This document shows, piece after piece, positions 1-14,019 of a DNA stretch of 64,000 nt. Position 1 is the first letter of the stretch; every line of letters starts with the position of its first letter. Both the position numbers and the translations under genes were made by a program. This DNA is from Selaginella moellendorffii (taxonomy: Eukaryota > Plantae > Lycopodiophyta): assembly GCF_000143415.4 (NCBI RefSeq), contig NW_003314275.1, positions 563,955-627,954 on the forward strand, written 5' to 3'. The notes under the pieces are model-generated. The model was not told where the DNA came from. It made no database searches and worked only from the letters and a program-made list of their open reading frames with translations.

Positions 1-895
1 AGATTCAGTACTTATTGCACAAGCAACAAGGTGTTAACCGTCCATCTACGAATTCCCAAATTTTCTCCCAATCCCCCTCCCTAAGTTAAAACTTAAAGTT
101 TGACTAAACTCCCCATAAGCACAAGTAGCCAAGCACATCAAACCTCCTAGTTCTTAACTTCCCTAACAAGACTTGATTATATGACTCTTTAAATCCCAAG
201 CCTTAAGTGCATCTTTTACTTTAGGACCCTAAAGGGAAATACTATGGCTTAACAGCCTAGTATGGGTATTCTTACTCCCCCACTTCTATCCCAAAAAGAT
301 CACCCAAGCCCTTTAAAAGGAGCAAAGACGAATGAGTCATATGGTACTCAAATGGGGCACCCCTCCACATAAGCCAAAAGCACCATAGTCAATTTCTTTT
401 TTAAGAGTGGGAGCTACTTTTGAGCACTTCCTTGGATGGCCTCTTTAGCACAACTTGAGTCCGTGCTTACTCATACACGAAGCTAACCCCTAATCCCAAG
501 CTCAACTCAGTTTAAAAGCACCACTAGAGAGTTCCTTCAAGACTCAATCCTAGATCAAACTCTTCCTAACATACTTTTGGAACCCCCTTACCCCCCCCCC
601 CCCCCCCCTCCGAGGGGATGATTACTTTGGGCTTTCGCCCTGCGACCTATATTAGTATTCGAACTTGGTCTCAGACTCAATTTCATACTTGATCTTAGGC
701 TCAACCTCGGACTCAGTTTCAGACCTGATCTTGAATCTTGAACTCGGTCTTGAACTTGGTCTTGGAGTTAGTCTCAGACTCAATTTCAAATCAGTCTCAT
801 CTAATGAACTCTTTATCATTCGGGTCATGATTTCCGAGATCCTTAAGCCTACAGCCACTCGATGAGTTAGTTCCTTGACTCTATAACTCATAGAA
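1..895. repeat. LTR-like retroelement repeat, copy 1 (starts before window)
   Basis: 1-580 is near-identical to 3218-3798, and 1-895 is co-linear with the more diverged copy at 4665-5650; lies among gag/pol relics. Confidence 0.6.
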
Positions 896-1203
896 GAAGT
901 TTAATGCCTATATTGAATGTCTTTATTTAATTGTATGACTTGTTGGCCATGTCTCTGAGGGCATCCCCCCACTTAATAATCTGCTTAAGTCAACTTCCCC
1001 AACTAAGAGCCCATGACAATGAGATATAAGTGTCCTTATACTACCTTGCAAAAATTCCTTCACTAGATCTCGAGCGTTCCCTAGGTTCTACTAGGCTCGT
1101 GAGTGAGGCACATTAGCAACTCAAAATTACATTTTGAGTTAAACAGGATTAATGTTAGCCTATCAGTGGTTCCATGAGCTTAAAAGATACCGTGGGTAAA
1201 AGT

Positions 1204-2025
1204 NNNNNNNNNNNNNNNNNNNNNNNNNNNNNNNNNNNNNNNNNNNNNNNNNNNNNNNNNNNNNNNNNNNNNNNNNNNNNNNNNNNNNNNNNNNNNNNNN
1301 NNNNNNNNNNNNNNNNNNNNNNNNNNNNNNNNNNNNNNNNNNNNNNNNNNNNNNNNNNNNNNNNNNNNNNNNNNNNNNNNNNNNNNNNNNNNNNNNNNNN
1401 NNNNNNNNNNNNNNNNNNNNNNNNNNNNNNNNNNNNNNNNNNNNNNNNNNNNNNNNNNNNNNNNNNNNNNNNNNNNNNNNNNNNNNNNNNNNNNNNNNNN
1501 NNNNNNNNNNNNNNNNNNNNNNNNNNNNNNNNNNNNNNNNNNNNNNNNNNNNNNNNNNNNNNNNNNNNNNNNNNNNNNNNNNNNNNNNNNNNNNNNNNNN
1601 NNNNNNNNNNNNNNNNNNNNNNNNNNNNNNNNNNNNNNNNNNNNNNNNNNNNNNNNNNNNNNNNNNNNNNNNNNNNNNNNNNNNNNNNNNNNNNNNNNNN
1701 NNNNNNNNNNNNNNNNNNNNNNNNNNNNNNNNNNNNNNNNNNNNNNNNNNNNNNNNNNNNNNNNNNNNNNNNNNNNNNNNNNNNNNNNNNNNNNNNNNNN
1801 NNNNNNNNNNNNNNNNNNNNNNNNNNNNNNNNNNNNNNNNNNNNNNNNNNNNNNNNNNNNNNNNNNNNNNNNNNNNNNNNNNNNNNNNNNNNNNNNNNNN
1901 NNNNNNNNNNNNNNNNNNNNNNNNNNNNNNNNNNNNNNNNNNNNNNNNNNNNNNNNNNNNNNNNNNNNNNNNNNNNNNNNNNNNNNNNNNNNNNNNNNNN
2001 NNNNNNNNNNNNNNNNNNNNNNNNN
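1204..2025. other. Assembly gap (run of N)
   Basis: Continuous n bases. Confidence 1.
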
Positions 2026-3120
2026 TTTGGGCTAAATATTTTATTTGGATTCACTACCCTTATCTTCACTTTACAATCCATATCACTACATTGTGGGATC
2101 TAGGACTGTACATCTTTAGGGGCTTTTTATATCTTTGAGAAAGTATAGGCACCATACAAATGGAGATCAAGTGAGAGCAATGTACTTGCATTGATCTCAC
2201 GATTGACTCAAATCCTTTATATCGTTAGGCACAGTCACATGGGAGAGATGAGGCTAGGGACCATGGATAAAGCACAAAGTTCACAACCACTAAGGATTGG
2301 GAACATGCATTTGTGGAGTGAGTGGCATGAATTTGAGTTGCACAGAATTGGACTCTTGTTCCCTTGATCTAGACCACATAAAACCAGATTCTAGTTCCAT
2401 TGATCCCTCATCTACTTCATTATTATGGCTAAACTTTTATTTGTCCCCTCTACCTCCTCCAAAAAGTAAGAAAAATTTTTAAGTATAAGTGAAAAGAGCA
2501 TCAAAAATGTAATTTTTAGCAACTATCAAGGCAAAAAAAAGGGAAATAAAGAGAGAGAAATATACTTAAAGCTTGAAGAATAAGGGAATTTTATTATAAA
2601 ATACTTCAACCACCACAAGATAAGTAAGAAATTCACAATGTTCAACATCCTTAATACACAACTCAATATTTGAGACGAGACAATCAATAGAAAAATCCAC
2701 TCTTAAAGGAATATATAAACTCCTTAATAGCAATGTTAAAATAAAGAATTTTGATGACACTCATAACTAGGGATATGCACTCTACCTCAAACTCTGGCAA
2801 AAGCAAGTCAACCCTTGGAACAAAAGAACACTTAACACTAAAATTAATTAAAGACTCCAACAATGAAATGAAAGTAAAATTCTTATCTTCATGCATATAC
2901 TCAACTTTTAGATTAATATAAGGACATAAAACACTGAACTCATACACTAGACTAAGATTGAGAATCATAAGAGGCACAAATTATCAACATAAAATGGCAA
3001 AGCACCTAATCATATCCTATAGAAGCTCATATCACCAAAATTTTAATCTAGTGAGGATATAGCCATAAAACATTTTTGGGTGATAACAATCATACTATAA
3101 GTTTTAAATTTTCTTTTTTA

Positions 3121-3798
3121 CAATTTGTTAGCTTACCTCATCTATCTAACCATTTTTGCCTCGGTCTTAATTAAGTTCCCTTGCCAAGGTTCCTATCTAT
3201 TGTACCAGCTCCTATTTAGATTCAAGTACTTATTGCACAAGCAACAAGGTGTTAACCGTCCATCTACGAATTCCCAAATTTTCTCCCAATCCCCCTCCCT
3301 AAGTTAAAACTTAAAGTTTGACTAAACTCCCCATAAGCACAAGTAGCCAAGCACATCAAACCTCCTAGTTCTTAACTTCCCTAACAAGACTTGATTATAT
3401 GACTCTTTAAATCCCAAGCCTTAAGTGCATCTTTTACTTTAGGACCCTAAAGGGAAATACTATGGCTTAACAGCCTAGTATGGGTATTCTTACTCCCCCA
3501 CTTCTATCCCAAAAAGATCACCCAAGCCCTTTAAAAGGAGCAAAGACGAATGAGTCATATGGTACTCAAATGGGGCACCCCTCCACATAAGCCAAAAGCA
3601 CCATAGTCAATTTCTTTTTTAAGAGTGGGAGCTACTTTTGAGCACTTCCTTGGATGGCCTCTTTAGCACAACTTGAGTCCGTGCTTACTCATACACGAAG
3701 CTAACCCCTAATCCCAAGCTCAACTCAGTTTAAAAGCACCACTAGAGAGTTCCTTCAAGACTCAATCCTAGATCAAACTCTTCCTAACATACTTTTGG
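3121..3798. repeat. LTR-like repeat, copy 2
   Basis: 3218-3798 matches 1-580 with only a 1-nt indel seen; ends at a poly-C run like copy 1. Confidence 0.7.
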
Positions 3799-3839
3799 GG
3801 GCCCCCCCCCCCCCCCCCCCGCCCCCACACACGACTTTG

Positions 3840-4660
3840 TTGTGTTTCTTTTTTGTAGGTTATCATTAAAATACATATTAATAGCTGCATCTAATGCTTC
3901 TTTGTAGTTAGTTGAGTTCCAATGCACTTAGCCTTATCTATTAAGTATGGTTTTGCACATAAGACCTTTGTTAAGCTTGGTAATCACAACACTTGAAAGT
4001 AATCCTCTATATCGTAAAATCAATCCTCTACCATCTTATACTTATTCAGTCCCTTGAAGACTGATAGGGGCTTTAGTTTGTACTTAGGAACTACTTAAGG
4101 GATTGATTCTACTTCGGTTTGTTCAACCTTATTTGGTTTTGCCTCAATCTCTACCAAAGGGTCTACATCTTCTGCATTGCTAGTCTTTACAATCTTTTCC
4201 CTTTTCTTTTTCTTCTCATTGCACTTTAGGTTGTATAACAGGGCATTGGCTTGTGCCAATTGTCCTTCCAAAGTGTCCAATTAAGCCTTAAACAACTAAA
4301 CCTCACCACAAAACTCTTGTTTAGAAGTTTCTTCACTGGAGTCTTTCTTATGCAAAGATTCCTCATTCATAACTTTTTATTCAACTATAGGTTCCATCTC
4401 CGGAGAAGGTTTTATCTTTGCTTTGGTTCACTCATGCTACTTTAGCCATCTCCCAACAATTCGCCTCTATCCTTCATTAGAATTGATACTAAATTGTAAA
4501 CCATCTCTTAGCAATCTACCTTTATCTTTCACTAAAATTGAGGAAAAGGCTCCTATACCAAATTGTAAGTCATCTCTCAACAATCTATTTCTATCCTTCC
4601 CTAGAATTGAAGTATGTATAAACTTCATATCATCTTAGTTGGTGGAGTTATAAATTTTTC
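3840..4660 (-). mobile_element. Degenerate gag-like retrotransposon fragment
   Basis: Short broken charged/coiled-coil ORFs (4095-4280) directly inside the LTR-like copy 3; family not resolvable by eye. Confidence 0.35.
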
Positions 4661-4664
4661 TTTT

Positions 4665-5650
4665 CCAATTTGTCAACTTACCTCATTTATCCAACCACCT
4701 CTAATTTAGCCTTAGTTAAATTCCTTTATCAAGGTTCCCACCTATTATACCATCTCTTACTTGGATTCAACTACTCATTACATAAGTAACTCATCTATCT
4801 ACAAATTCCTAAATTCTCTCTAAATCCCTTTCCTTGAGTTAGATTGGACTTAAAGTTTAACTACACTCTTTATAAGTACAAGTGCAACTAACCAAGCATA
4901 CCAAGCCTCTAGGTTCTTAACTTCTTTAGGTACAACAAGACTTGATCATAGGGCCCTCTGAATCCCAAACCTTGAGTGCATCTCTTACTTTGGGACCCTG
5001 GGGGAAACACTATGGCCTAATGGCCCAATATGGGTACCTTTACTCCCCACTTTCATCCCAAAGGGAAGGCTTAAGCCCCTTGAAAGGAGTGAAAACTAAT
5101 GAACTACATAGTACTCAAGTGGGGCACCACACCATATGAATTGAGAGCACTACAATCGATTTCCCTTCCGAAAGTGGGAGTTGCTCTTGAGCACTTCCTT
5201 GAATAGCCTTTCAAGCACCACCCAAGTCTATACTCACTCCCACTCAAGGCTATTAACCCCTAGTCCCAACCTCAACTCAGTTTGAAGGTACCACTGGAGA
5301 GTTCCTTTAAAACTAGGATTGAGTCCTAAACCTCACTATCCTTACTATACTTGTGGAACTCTTTGCAATCCCCCTTTCCCCAGGGGACGATCACTTTGAA
5401 CTTTCACCCCATAACCTGCATTAGTATTCGGGGACTTGGTTTTATACTCAATCTTGGACTTAGTCTCAAACTCAGTCTTGGACTCAGTCTCAGACTTGAT
5501 ATTGGATCTCGGTATCAAACTTAGTTTCGGAGTTGGTCTCAAACTCAATCTTAGACTTGGTTTCATCTGATGAACTCTTTATCATTTTGGTCATGATTTC
5601 TGGGATCCTTTAGCCTACGCCTACTCAGGGAGTGGATTCCTTACGCGTAC
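4665..5650. repeat. LTR-like repeat, copy 3 (diverged)
   Basis: Co-linear similarity to 3121-3798 and 610-895, including the low-complexity ETESKTEF-type tract. Confidence 0.65.
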
Positions 5651-6599
5651 CTCATTTGTAACCTTGGATGACACACTCCTTGATCAATGATGGTGTGGTA
5701 TGGTGGAAGAAGAGAATGTAGTAAAGATTGAAAAAGAAGAATAGGATCTGGAAACAAGCTAACATAGATTTAGATCTAAAGAACAAGGGAATAACAACAA
5801 AAACTTGATCTTGAACATTGAGTAAAGAATTATCAAAACACTTTACCCTTTAGGGATAAATTCTAGTGTTTGAGATATGGGAACAAGTGGGGTTTAAACC
5901 CCTTCTTATGAATGGATCAAATTTAATCTCAAATGGATGGTCAAATTCTATAATACTATAATTAATATATTACTTAACATGTATATACAAATATGTATTT
6001 AGAAACTTTATATATATTATTTTACATATTAATAACTTACTTTACCTCTCTTTAGTTTGGCTTCCCAATTTATTATATTACTTCTTGCTTTGCATTTAGT
6101 ATTGGCTTATGTATAAACTCCATATCATCTTAGTTGGTGGAGTACTAACATTATATTAGGCCATAGGTATGCTTATATTGTGTCTTATTGTTTTGACTGT
6201 TTTGAGACTTAATCTTAAAATTAGAATTTTTAGGAGGTGTAAGTATATATTGGCAAAAATATCTAGTTTCTATATAGCAAACTAAGAGCTTCTCACCTCC
6301 CAACCACCCTTGAGCCACTCTACTTTATTATCACAAGCAAAGTATGGAGTTCAAGGATTGTTATCCACTAGTTCCTCATTAAATTAGTGATAAGACTCAA
6401 TACTAAGTATGGGTTGCTAATCTAACCAAGGTTAAGCATAGTAGCAATCTCACAACTACAGAATTGATACACTAGTTGTTATGACCTAACCCTAAATAAC
6501 AAACAAAGAAGCTTAGCCTTGCCTAGATTATATTATTCCTCTTCTTGAGGTTCCTCACCATCCAACCACCCCCAGCTACCTCAAATTTTTCACCTCTTA

Positions 6600-8000
6600 T
6601 CATGAGCCTTTAATGTAGGTTAAGTTCTTTACCCTAAAATCCATCATTAGTTCTTTAACCAATGTGGTTAAAGTTAATGCCTAACAATTCTTGGATTTTT
6701 CTGGATGATGTTTAATAGATCACTCCTCAAACTCTATGAATTAGACCATTTAATAAGTTTGCCTAGTGTTCAACTCCTTCTGTGTGAATAGATGCATAAA
6801 AGGTCTGTGATCTGTTAACACCATAAACACCGCACTATGAAGATAGTGCCTTCATGTTTGCAAAACATGAATAATTGAAAGTAACTTTTACTTATATATG
6901 GAATATCATTACTCCATAGGATTTATAGTCTAACTCTTATATGCAATGGATTGTCCCCCTTGTATAAAAAATCCCTTTAGTGCATAGCCACTTACATCAC
7001 AAGTCACCTTATAAAGTATTGATGGATCAACAATATGAAGTACTAAAGCCTCACTAAACAACCATTTCAATGCCATAAAACTGTCCTTTATAATTTTTCC
7101 ATTCGAATGACGCATTTTTACATAACAATTGTGTGAAGGAATAGCCACCTTCACAAACTTATGTTAGAAATGTTAGTAGTAACTGACCATACCAAGTAAA
7201 TTATGTAGCTTAGCCATTAAAGTTAATGTAGACCAATTTTCCAACCTAGCCACCTTTTTTAGATTTGTTTTGACATCCTTAGATGTCACAATGTAGCCTA
7301 GATACTTCACTTTTGACCTTGCAAATTTATATTTGCTCTTTTTCATGTAAAGTTAATTTTTATATAGTAATAAAAAAACTTTATATAAATGCACCTTATA
7401 CTCCTCCATATTCTTACTAAAAATAAGAATATCATCTAAAAAATCTTTACAAAGTCATGTAAATAATGTTTAAACACCTCCATTATCAACCAAGTAAATG
7501 TGGCTGGTGCATTTGTCAAACTAAATAACATAATTGTGAATATAAAATATCCAAAGCTTGTGTTAAATACTGTATTAGAGATAAATATGTTATCTATTGC
7601 AATCTAATAATATTCAATCCTCATATAAATCCCTGTAAATACTTGGGTTTCGCCAAGTTTATCTAAGATATCATCTATATGCAGCATTGATATTTCATAT
7701 TTTACTATATATTTATTCAAAGTTAATACACATCTACATTAAGCCATCCTTTTTCAAAAACAAAATTGGTGCACCAAACAAATATTTACTTAGCTTAATA
7801 AATTCAAACTCAATTAACTTTTTGATTTATCATTAAACTTCTTGCTCTTCTACATAGTATAGCCAAAATAGATGTTCTTAAATTGGCTTTGTCTTTGACT
7901 CTAGTGTATCATGTTCCACACCTCATAATAGAGGCAACCTATAAGAAAGTTCAGATGAAAAATATAAAAATAAATTCAAGTACAACCCACATTATTGCTT
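6600..8000 (-). mobile_element. Degenerate Ty3/gypsy pol (reverse transcriptase-RNase H) relic
   Basis: Minus strand reads LDDILIFS (RT YxDD region, ~7420-7441) and VTCDVSGYA...GQSIAY (RNase H, ORF 6930-7154); many stops. Confidence 0.85.
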
Positions 8001-9274
8001 CTCCTTTACATGTGCTTTAGTCCCCCAAGTCACAAATAAATAATAAATAACTATAAAGTGATTTTCCATTACAACAAGTCCACTTTAAAAATGTAATAAA
8101 GAGTATAATTGGAGGTTAAACTCTCTTTTCAAACCATACATCCTCAACACCACAATGCTTCAGTAAGACATATTTAATACTTCACTCTATCTTTGCATCT
8201 ACCTTCACCAACCATAACATCCCAAAAAATAAAATCTATATAATAAATTTCTACAAATAAAAAATATCTAAAAGTATGATTTTTCTAATCAGCCCTCTTA
8301 TGAAATCACACATTCTTCCTCTCTCCTCAAGCAACTTAATACCCCATTGATAGAGTGAGCAATATTTGAGCTCAAATGAATTCCTTAAATTATTAAGGAG
8401 TTCAATAGTTTAGAGGATTCTATATAAGCATTGAAATGCTAAATAAAGGTAGTTGCACTTTCCATTATACATAAAAGACTCCTCCTGTCACTAAGCAATT
8501 CAATATTTATGTAGAAATTTTTCTCTTTAACAAACTTTACTAAAACAAAATTATCAAATCACTCTTACTACACACAATTGAGTTAATGAGTAATGATTGA
8601 ACACATCTTCCATGAATTAGAATGGTTTTTCTGTCATCCTCACATTATAAATTTTGTAAATTTTTAATATTTCATCCATTACATTGTTGTCTCATGCTGC
8701 TATTTGGGTGCTGCAAGACCCTCAAGATGCTATTGATTAATACGTGTGACAAGAAGATTGCAAAGCTTAAAAAAAAAGGTAAAATTGTTAAATTTGTAAG
8801 TGAATACACATTAATTTTGAAAAGATTTTTTAGACAAACATGGAAACTGATATCTTCTTCTTATATTAGGCTGTGCCTTCCAATAGAGAACATTGAATGG
8901 ACAGAATTAGTAGTAAACAAAATTTCAATGATGTTTAAAATCCAAAAAGATTGGCCATTCTACTACTTGTTCTTTACTTATGGATAATCAACCTTATAAT
9001 GTCTAAATTTACTACAATGATAATAACCTTCCTCACAAAGAACTTTTCCTTTGCATCTAAAATAACCACCACATATTTTAGTTTGTCATGTTTGTTCTTG
9101 TCCTTCTGTTTACATCAATCATCATAATAATTCTCGACCAGAAGACTCCTTGAATGCTTGAGTTAGTACATAGCTCCACCAGAGGAACACAAAGCATACC
9201 AGTTGCTCGAAATGTTGAAAATGGCTGTAGTGCACATCACAAATTGTCAAGACAAAACAGCATTAGTGTTTCAT

Positions 9275-10676
9275 TTAGCCGACTCTTTCTAGAACTGGGA
9301 GCCTGTAGTGCAAGGTGACTGCTGTGTCAGGATGGTGAGTCGCAGGAGCATAAAACTGGAACTTCATCACCAGGTAGGAATCACTTGGAGCCACTCCTGT
9401 AGATGGAAAGAATAAAAAAGAAAGAAAGACAAAACCCATACCAACATAGCATGTGTCTGGCCTTGTCAAACTGCATTGCAAGCTCTTCGCAAAGTGTTTG
9501 ATCTTCACTTGCTGCCATACAATCAAGAGTGTTTAGTAGGAATCCAAGAGTTTTCTTTCAGTGCGTACCACAGAAGACGCTTCTCCCCTGGCTAGAGCTT
9601 GTTCCAGCCGCATCGCTGGACTCGCGGTCGCGTCTAGAGTGGAGCCAGCAGCCGCTACAAAAGCAACACCTTGTCTGTTTTACTCTAGAAGACTATAGGA
9701 AAAAAAACAAAAAAGCGTTTTTCTATGCACCTCTTTCCCCTAGCACTTGCAGCCTCCGAAACTCGGAACCTATAGACACCAAAGTGGTGGACACTTGGAG
9801 GTGCACATCGCCATGAAACGTTACTGCCACGTCCAGAGCTTCTCCGACGTTCTTGAGGCGATCCACCAAGATTTGGAGCTGACCCAAGTCGGGCATCTGT
9901 ACAAGAGTCTGTCCAAACAAGAATAAGTGAAATAAAGTGTAGAATTCCTGGAGGACAAGAAAAAAACTTAGTGATACCCGAGGCAAATTGTGAACAGCGT
10001 CAATGGTGTCTTGAAGCTCCTGGACGTCGCCTCGACTCAGGGGCTGTGAGATTGGGATGTCCTGAACAACAGCCGACCTGAATCCCTGGAGAGTTTCTTA
10101 GATGCCATACGAAAAATCGAGCTAGCCCAGACGAAAGACGAAGAAGAAGAAGAAAAACATACCTTACTTTCCAGAGTGAGATATGGCATTGGACGCTCGT
10201 TCAAAGAAGGCCGCTTCTTCACCAGCTTGATTTGCAGCTTATCTCCATCCATGCTCACGCTGCTCTTGAGCGCTCGCAGCAGCAGGTTTAGATCCAGCGT
10301 GAAAGCAATGCGGTCTTCGTTCTGGCTGGAAATCCGATAGTCATCGAACAGCAGTGCCTAGAGCATACATGTATCAGACAGAGGAAGGAAAAACCGAAAG
10401 AGAGTGAGAAAAAGAATGCCCACCTCCTTGAACTGCGCAATCGCCTGGACGCCATCGGCATTGACGGCATTGTGCATAAGCGTGACGTGCGTCCTGGTGA
10501 GATAGACGTAGCACGTCTTCCCAATCTTCTCAAACGCCGGCACGAATTCTGGCAAAGAACCGGCGAGGAGGATCCATCAAGAAGATCGAGCTATCTATCG
10601 ATCGAATCGATGGAACCGGCTTACTCTTCTCCAGCGTCGTGACGCCCTTGTCCGTGAAGAATGCCTTGAATTTCAT
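9275..10676 (-). CDS. HUS1: Checkpoint clamp (9-1-1) subunit HUS1, multi-exon
   Basis: MKFKAFFTDKGVTTLEK start, FVPAFEKIGK, GVQAIAQF, QIKLVKK, C-terminal LHYRLPVL match plant HUS1; GT-AG introns. Confidence 0.93.
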
Positions 10677-11031
10677 CGTTAGGGTTTTAGGGCAAAGCCC
10701 AACCAGAGGTTTAGTTAATGTTAATAATACAGAGTAACAGATACATTTATCCCTAGAATATGCTCAAACAGTGTTTATTTAATCTGACGTAATTTGATTA
10801 ATTTTAAATCACGAATAGCGACTTATAGCGACCTTTTAACTCGAGCGTCCAATAGAATCACATGATTCTAACGTGTGAGTGGAAGTTTTGTCTCGTCATT
10901 GAGGACCACACTCGTGGTAGCGTACAGCGTTAGTAGTCCACGGCTCCAAGTCGGGAGTATATATCTTTTGTTCTTGCTCCAAGCTCCCCAGAGTCGATCA
11001 TCAATAGTGAAGCGTGTAGTGCTTGCTTACC

Positions 11032-13850
11032 ATGGCTACTATAGCTTCTACTTGCCAGCTCCTGTTTTCGCACAAAACCACAGTCAGTCGAAGCTTTGAG
11101 AGGAGAATTGCAAGTAGGACTCACCAGAGATGCCTCGTCACAGCGAAGGTTGCCAAGCAAAAGAGCTCCAGCGTTGCCACCGCACCTGCTTCTCTAGAGA
11201 TCGCTCCGGATGTTGCGACGCAGCGCGGTGTTTCATCGCCGGTCCTTCTTGAATGCGTCCTGGTCGTGTACAAGAAGAACGTGCTAGATCTCGTTGACGT
11301 CCTCGCGGATTTCCGGGACGACGCCGCCGATTTTCTGCTCGGCAAGAAGGTGACGGTTCAGCTCGTGAGCGAAGAACTGCTTCCTGGTAAGCACGAGAGC
11401 GGTTTAGATGCTGAACTTAGCTTCTTACCTGTCCTTGGTTCTCTACAGGCACCCAGGAACCGAAGATGAGCGACGTGGTGCCGATAAGTCACTGGTATTG
11501 TGCTCGAGACAGAATCGAAGCGAGCGGATGTATCACATACAAAGTCCAGATAGTTGTAGATAAGAGCTTCGGGAATGTTGGGGCTGTTCGTATTGGCAAT
11601 GCTCACCCGAATGAATTCTTTCTCAGCACCTTCCACATTGTGCAGCCAGATGGAACTTCAGCTTACTTCACCAGTGATTCATGGCTGCACCCGACCGCGG
11701 AGAACTGCCCCCGAATTTTCTTCAGAAACAAGGTAAGGCATCTGCACATATATATTTTTTTTTCGTTAAAGCTGAGGAAAGAAAAACCTGATGTGATAAG
11801 GTGTGCCTACCTGGCAACACTCCCTTGGGCCTGAGAAACTTTCGTGCACGAGAACTCCAAGATATTCAAGGCGACGGAACAGGCGAGCGAAAGGATAGCG
11901 ACCGGGTTTACGACTACGATGTGTACAACGACCTCGGGAACCCTGACAACGACATTGAGCTGCGGAGACCCGTTCTTGGAGGAGGCGAGTTTGCTTATCC
12001 TCGCAGAGTTAGAACCGGTCGCCCGCCTACACAAACAGGTGAGTCACGAGTTCATACAAAGAGCAATTTTACTTACCGATATCTAAGCTAAACAGATCCA
12101 CGGTCGGAGAGTTTGCCTCCCGGAATCGATAACATGTATGTCCCGTCGGACGAAACGTTCATGAGAGAGAAAAACTCCAACTTCGTAGGGGACACGATCA
12201 AGGCCGCTGCACATTATCTGGTTCCAGCTATCAAATCGGCATACAGGAGGGACAAGAGCCCTTACTTTCAGAGCTTCGAACAGATTATAGCGCTGTATGA
12301 CGACGGTATTGAGCTGGGACAAGACGTCAGTAGTACAAATGCAAATGAAAAGAAGAAACTTCGGAATCCCTTCACCTTGATCAACCAGCTGACAGATACC
12401 GATAAAACCAACAACAGCCTTCTCAAGTACCCGTTGCCGCAAATTATCCAAGGTAGGATATGGAGGTGTTCCGGGGTTTTGCCTCTCATCGTCACTTCTT
12501 TTTGCAGATGATTGTGAATCCTGGATGCTGGATTATGAGTTCGGAAGGCAGACTATTGCGGGTCTGAATCCCATGATAATAAAAAAGCTCGAGTCCTATC
12601 CTCCTGTAAGCAGTCTGGATCCCAAGATTTTCGGGCCAAAAGCCACTGCACTGAAAGACGAACACATACTGGATCAGCTCAACGGCCTCACTGTTCAAGA
12701 AGTAAGAAAGTGTTTTTCTAAGAACCAAGCTTCACCGCTGGTGTTTGTCAGGCTTTGGAGGCGAATAAGCTCTTCATCCTGGATTACCACGATGCATTCC
12801 TGCCATACTTGAACAGGATTAATGCGCAGGAGGGAAAGAAAACGTACGCAACACGGACTATATTGTTTCTTACAGACAGAGGTGTCTTGAAGCCTATAGC
12901 CATCGAGTTGAGCCTCCCAGCAGCAACAGCGACCGGCCAGAGAAAGAACAGGGTATTTGTCTGCTCCGACACACCAAAGAGGGACTGGGCTTGGGAAGTT
13001 GCCAAAGGACACGTTGCCGTGAATGACTGTGGATACCATCAACTCATTAGTCACTGGTAAGAGAATGATACAAAAAAATATATGGCAATGCTTACCTGAT
13101 CGCGCTCATCCAGGCTGAGAACGCATGCCGTCATGGAACCGTTTATAATTGCTATGCACAGGCAGCTGAGCATTCTTCATCCAATCTACCTCCTGCTGAT
13201 TCCGCACTTCAAAGACACAATGACCATCAATTCCAAAGCTCGCCAATCGCTGATCAATGCATCAGGAATCATCGAAGACAACTTCACGGCGGGAAATTAC
13301 TCCATAGAACTAACTGTTGTCGTCTATGGATCGCTGTGGAGATTCGACCAGCAGGGACTTCCAGCTGACTTGATCGCCAGGTAAGGGGATTTCTAGCTTG
13401 AAGCTATCCAAACAAAAAGCAAACAATGATTTTTCCCAGCCAAATCCGAAACCCAGACACGGCCTAGACCTCCTCATTGAAGGCTATCCTTACGCAGTTC
13501 TGGAGTGCATTGAAGCAATGGGTGACAGACTACACAGACATTTTCTACAAGGACGATGCTTCAGTTAGGGATGACACTGTGGTGGCAAGAAATCGTGAAT
13601 GTTGGTCAAGCAGACAAGAAAGTTGGACGGACAGACATGAACACAAAAGAAAACTTGACCGACGCACTAACCATCATGATTTGGATCTCATTGTGCCACC
13701 CATACGCTGGATTTCCAGTGAATAGCGCTCACAAGCTTAAACATTTGTGAAGAAACGGGGAGAAATTCTACCTCTTATCCTCCAAAGCCGAAGCGACGTT
13801 GGTGATGACAACCATCGAGATCCTCTTCATGCATTCCTCTGACGATTGAG
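11032..13850 (+). pseudogene. LOX: Plastid-type lipoxygenase; 5' two-thirds intact, 3' end eroded by deletions (probable pseudogene)
   Basis: Transit-like N terminus, PLAT domain, [41 protein letters not shown]. After 13440 the frames shift, HAAVNFGQY is missing and no C-terminal SISI-type end is seen. Confidence 0.8.
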
Positions 13851-14019
13851 AACTGCCGCCTTGTCAATCTGCCTTACACGATGAACCCTAAAATCCCAAA
13901 TAGATTTAGCTGTTAAATTTAATTTTTCCCGCTTTATAATTATTAGAGTTCTTCATACTTTATTTATAATAGACACAATCTCCAAACGGTCTCTCTCCTC
14001 TCTCTCGCGATCGATTCAT

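Noticed and set aside
1155-2103. Two 308-309 aa ORFs in the track
   Set aside because: Artefacts of translating the N gap
8622-8987. 121-aa ORF downstream of HUS1
   Set aside because: AT-rich, no recognisable motif, adjacent to transposon debris
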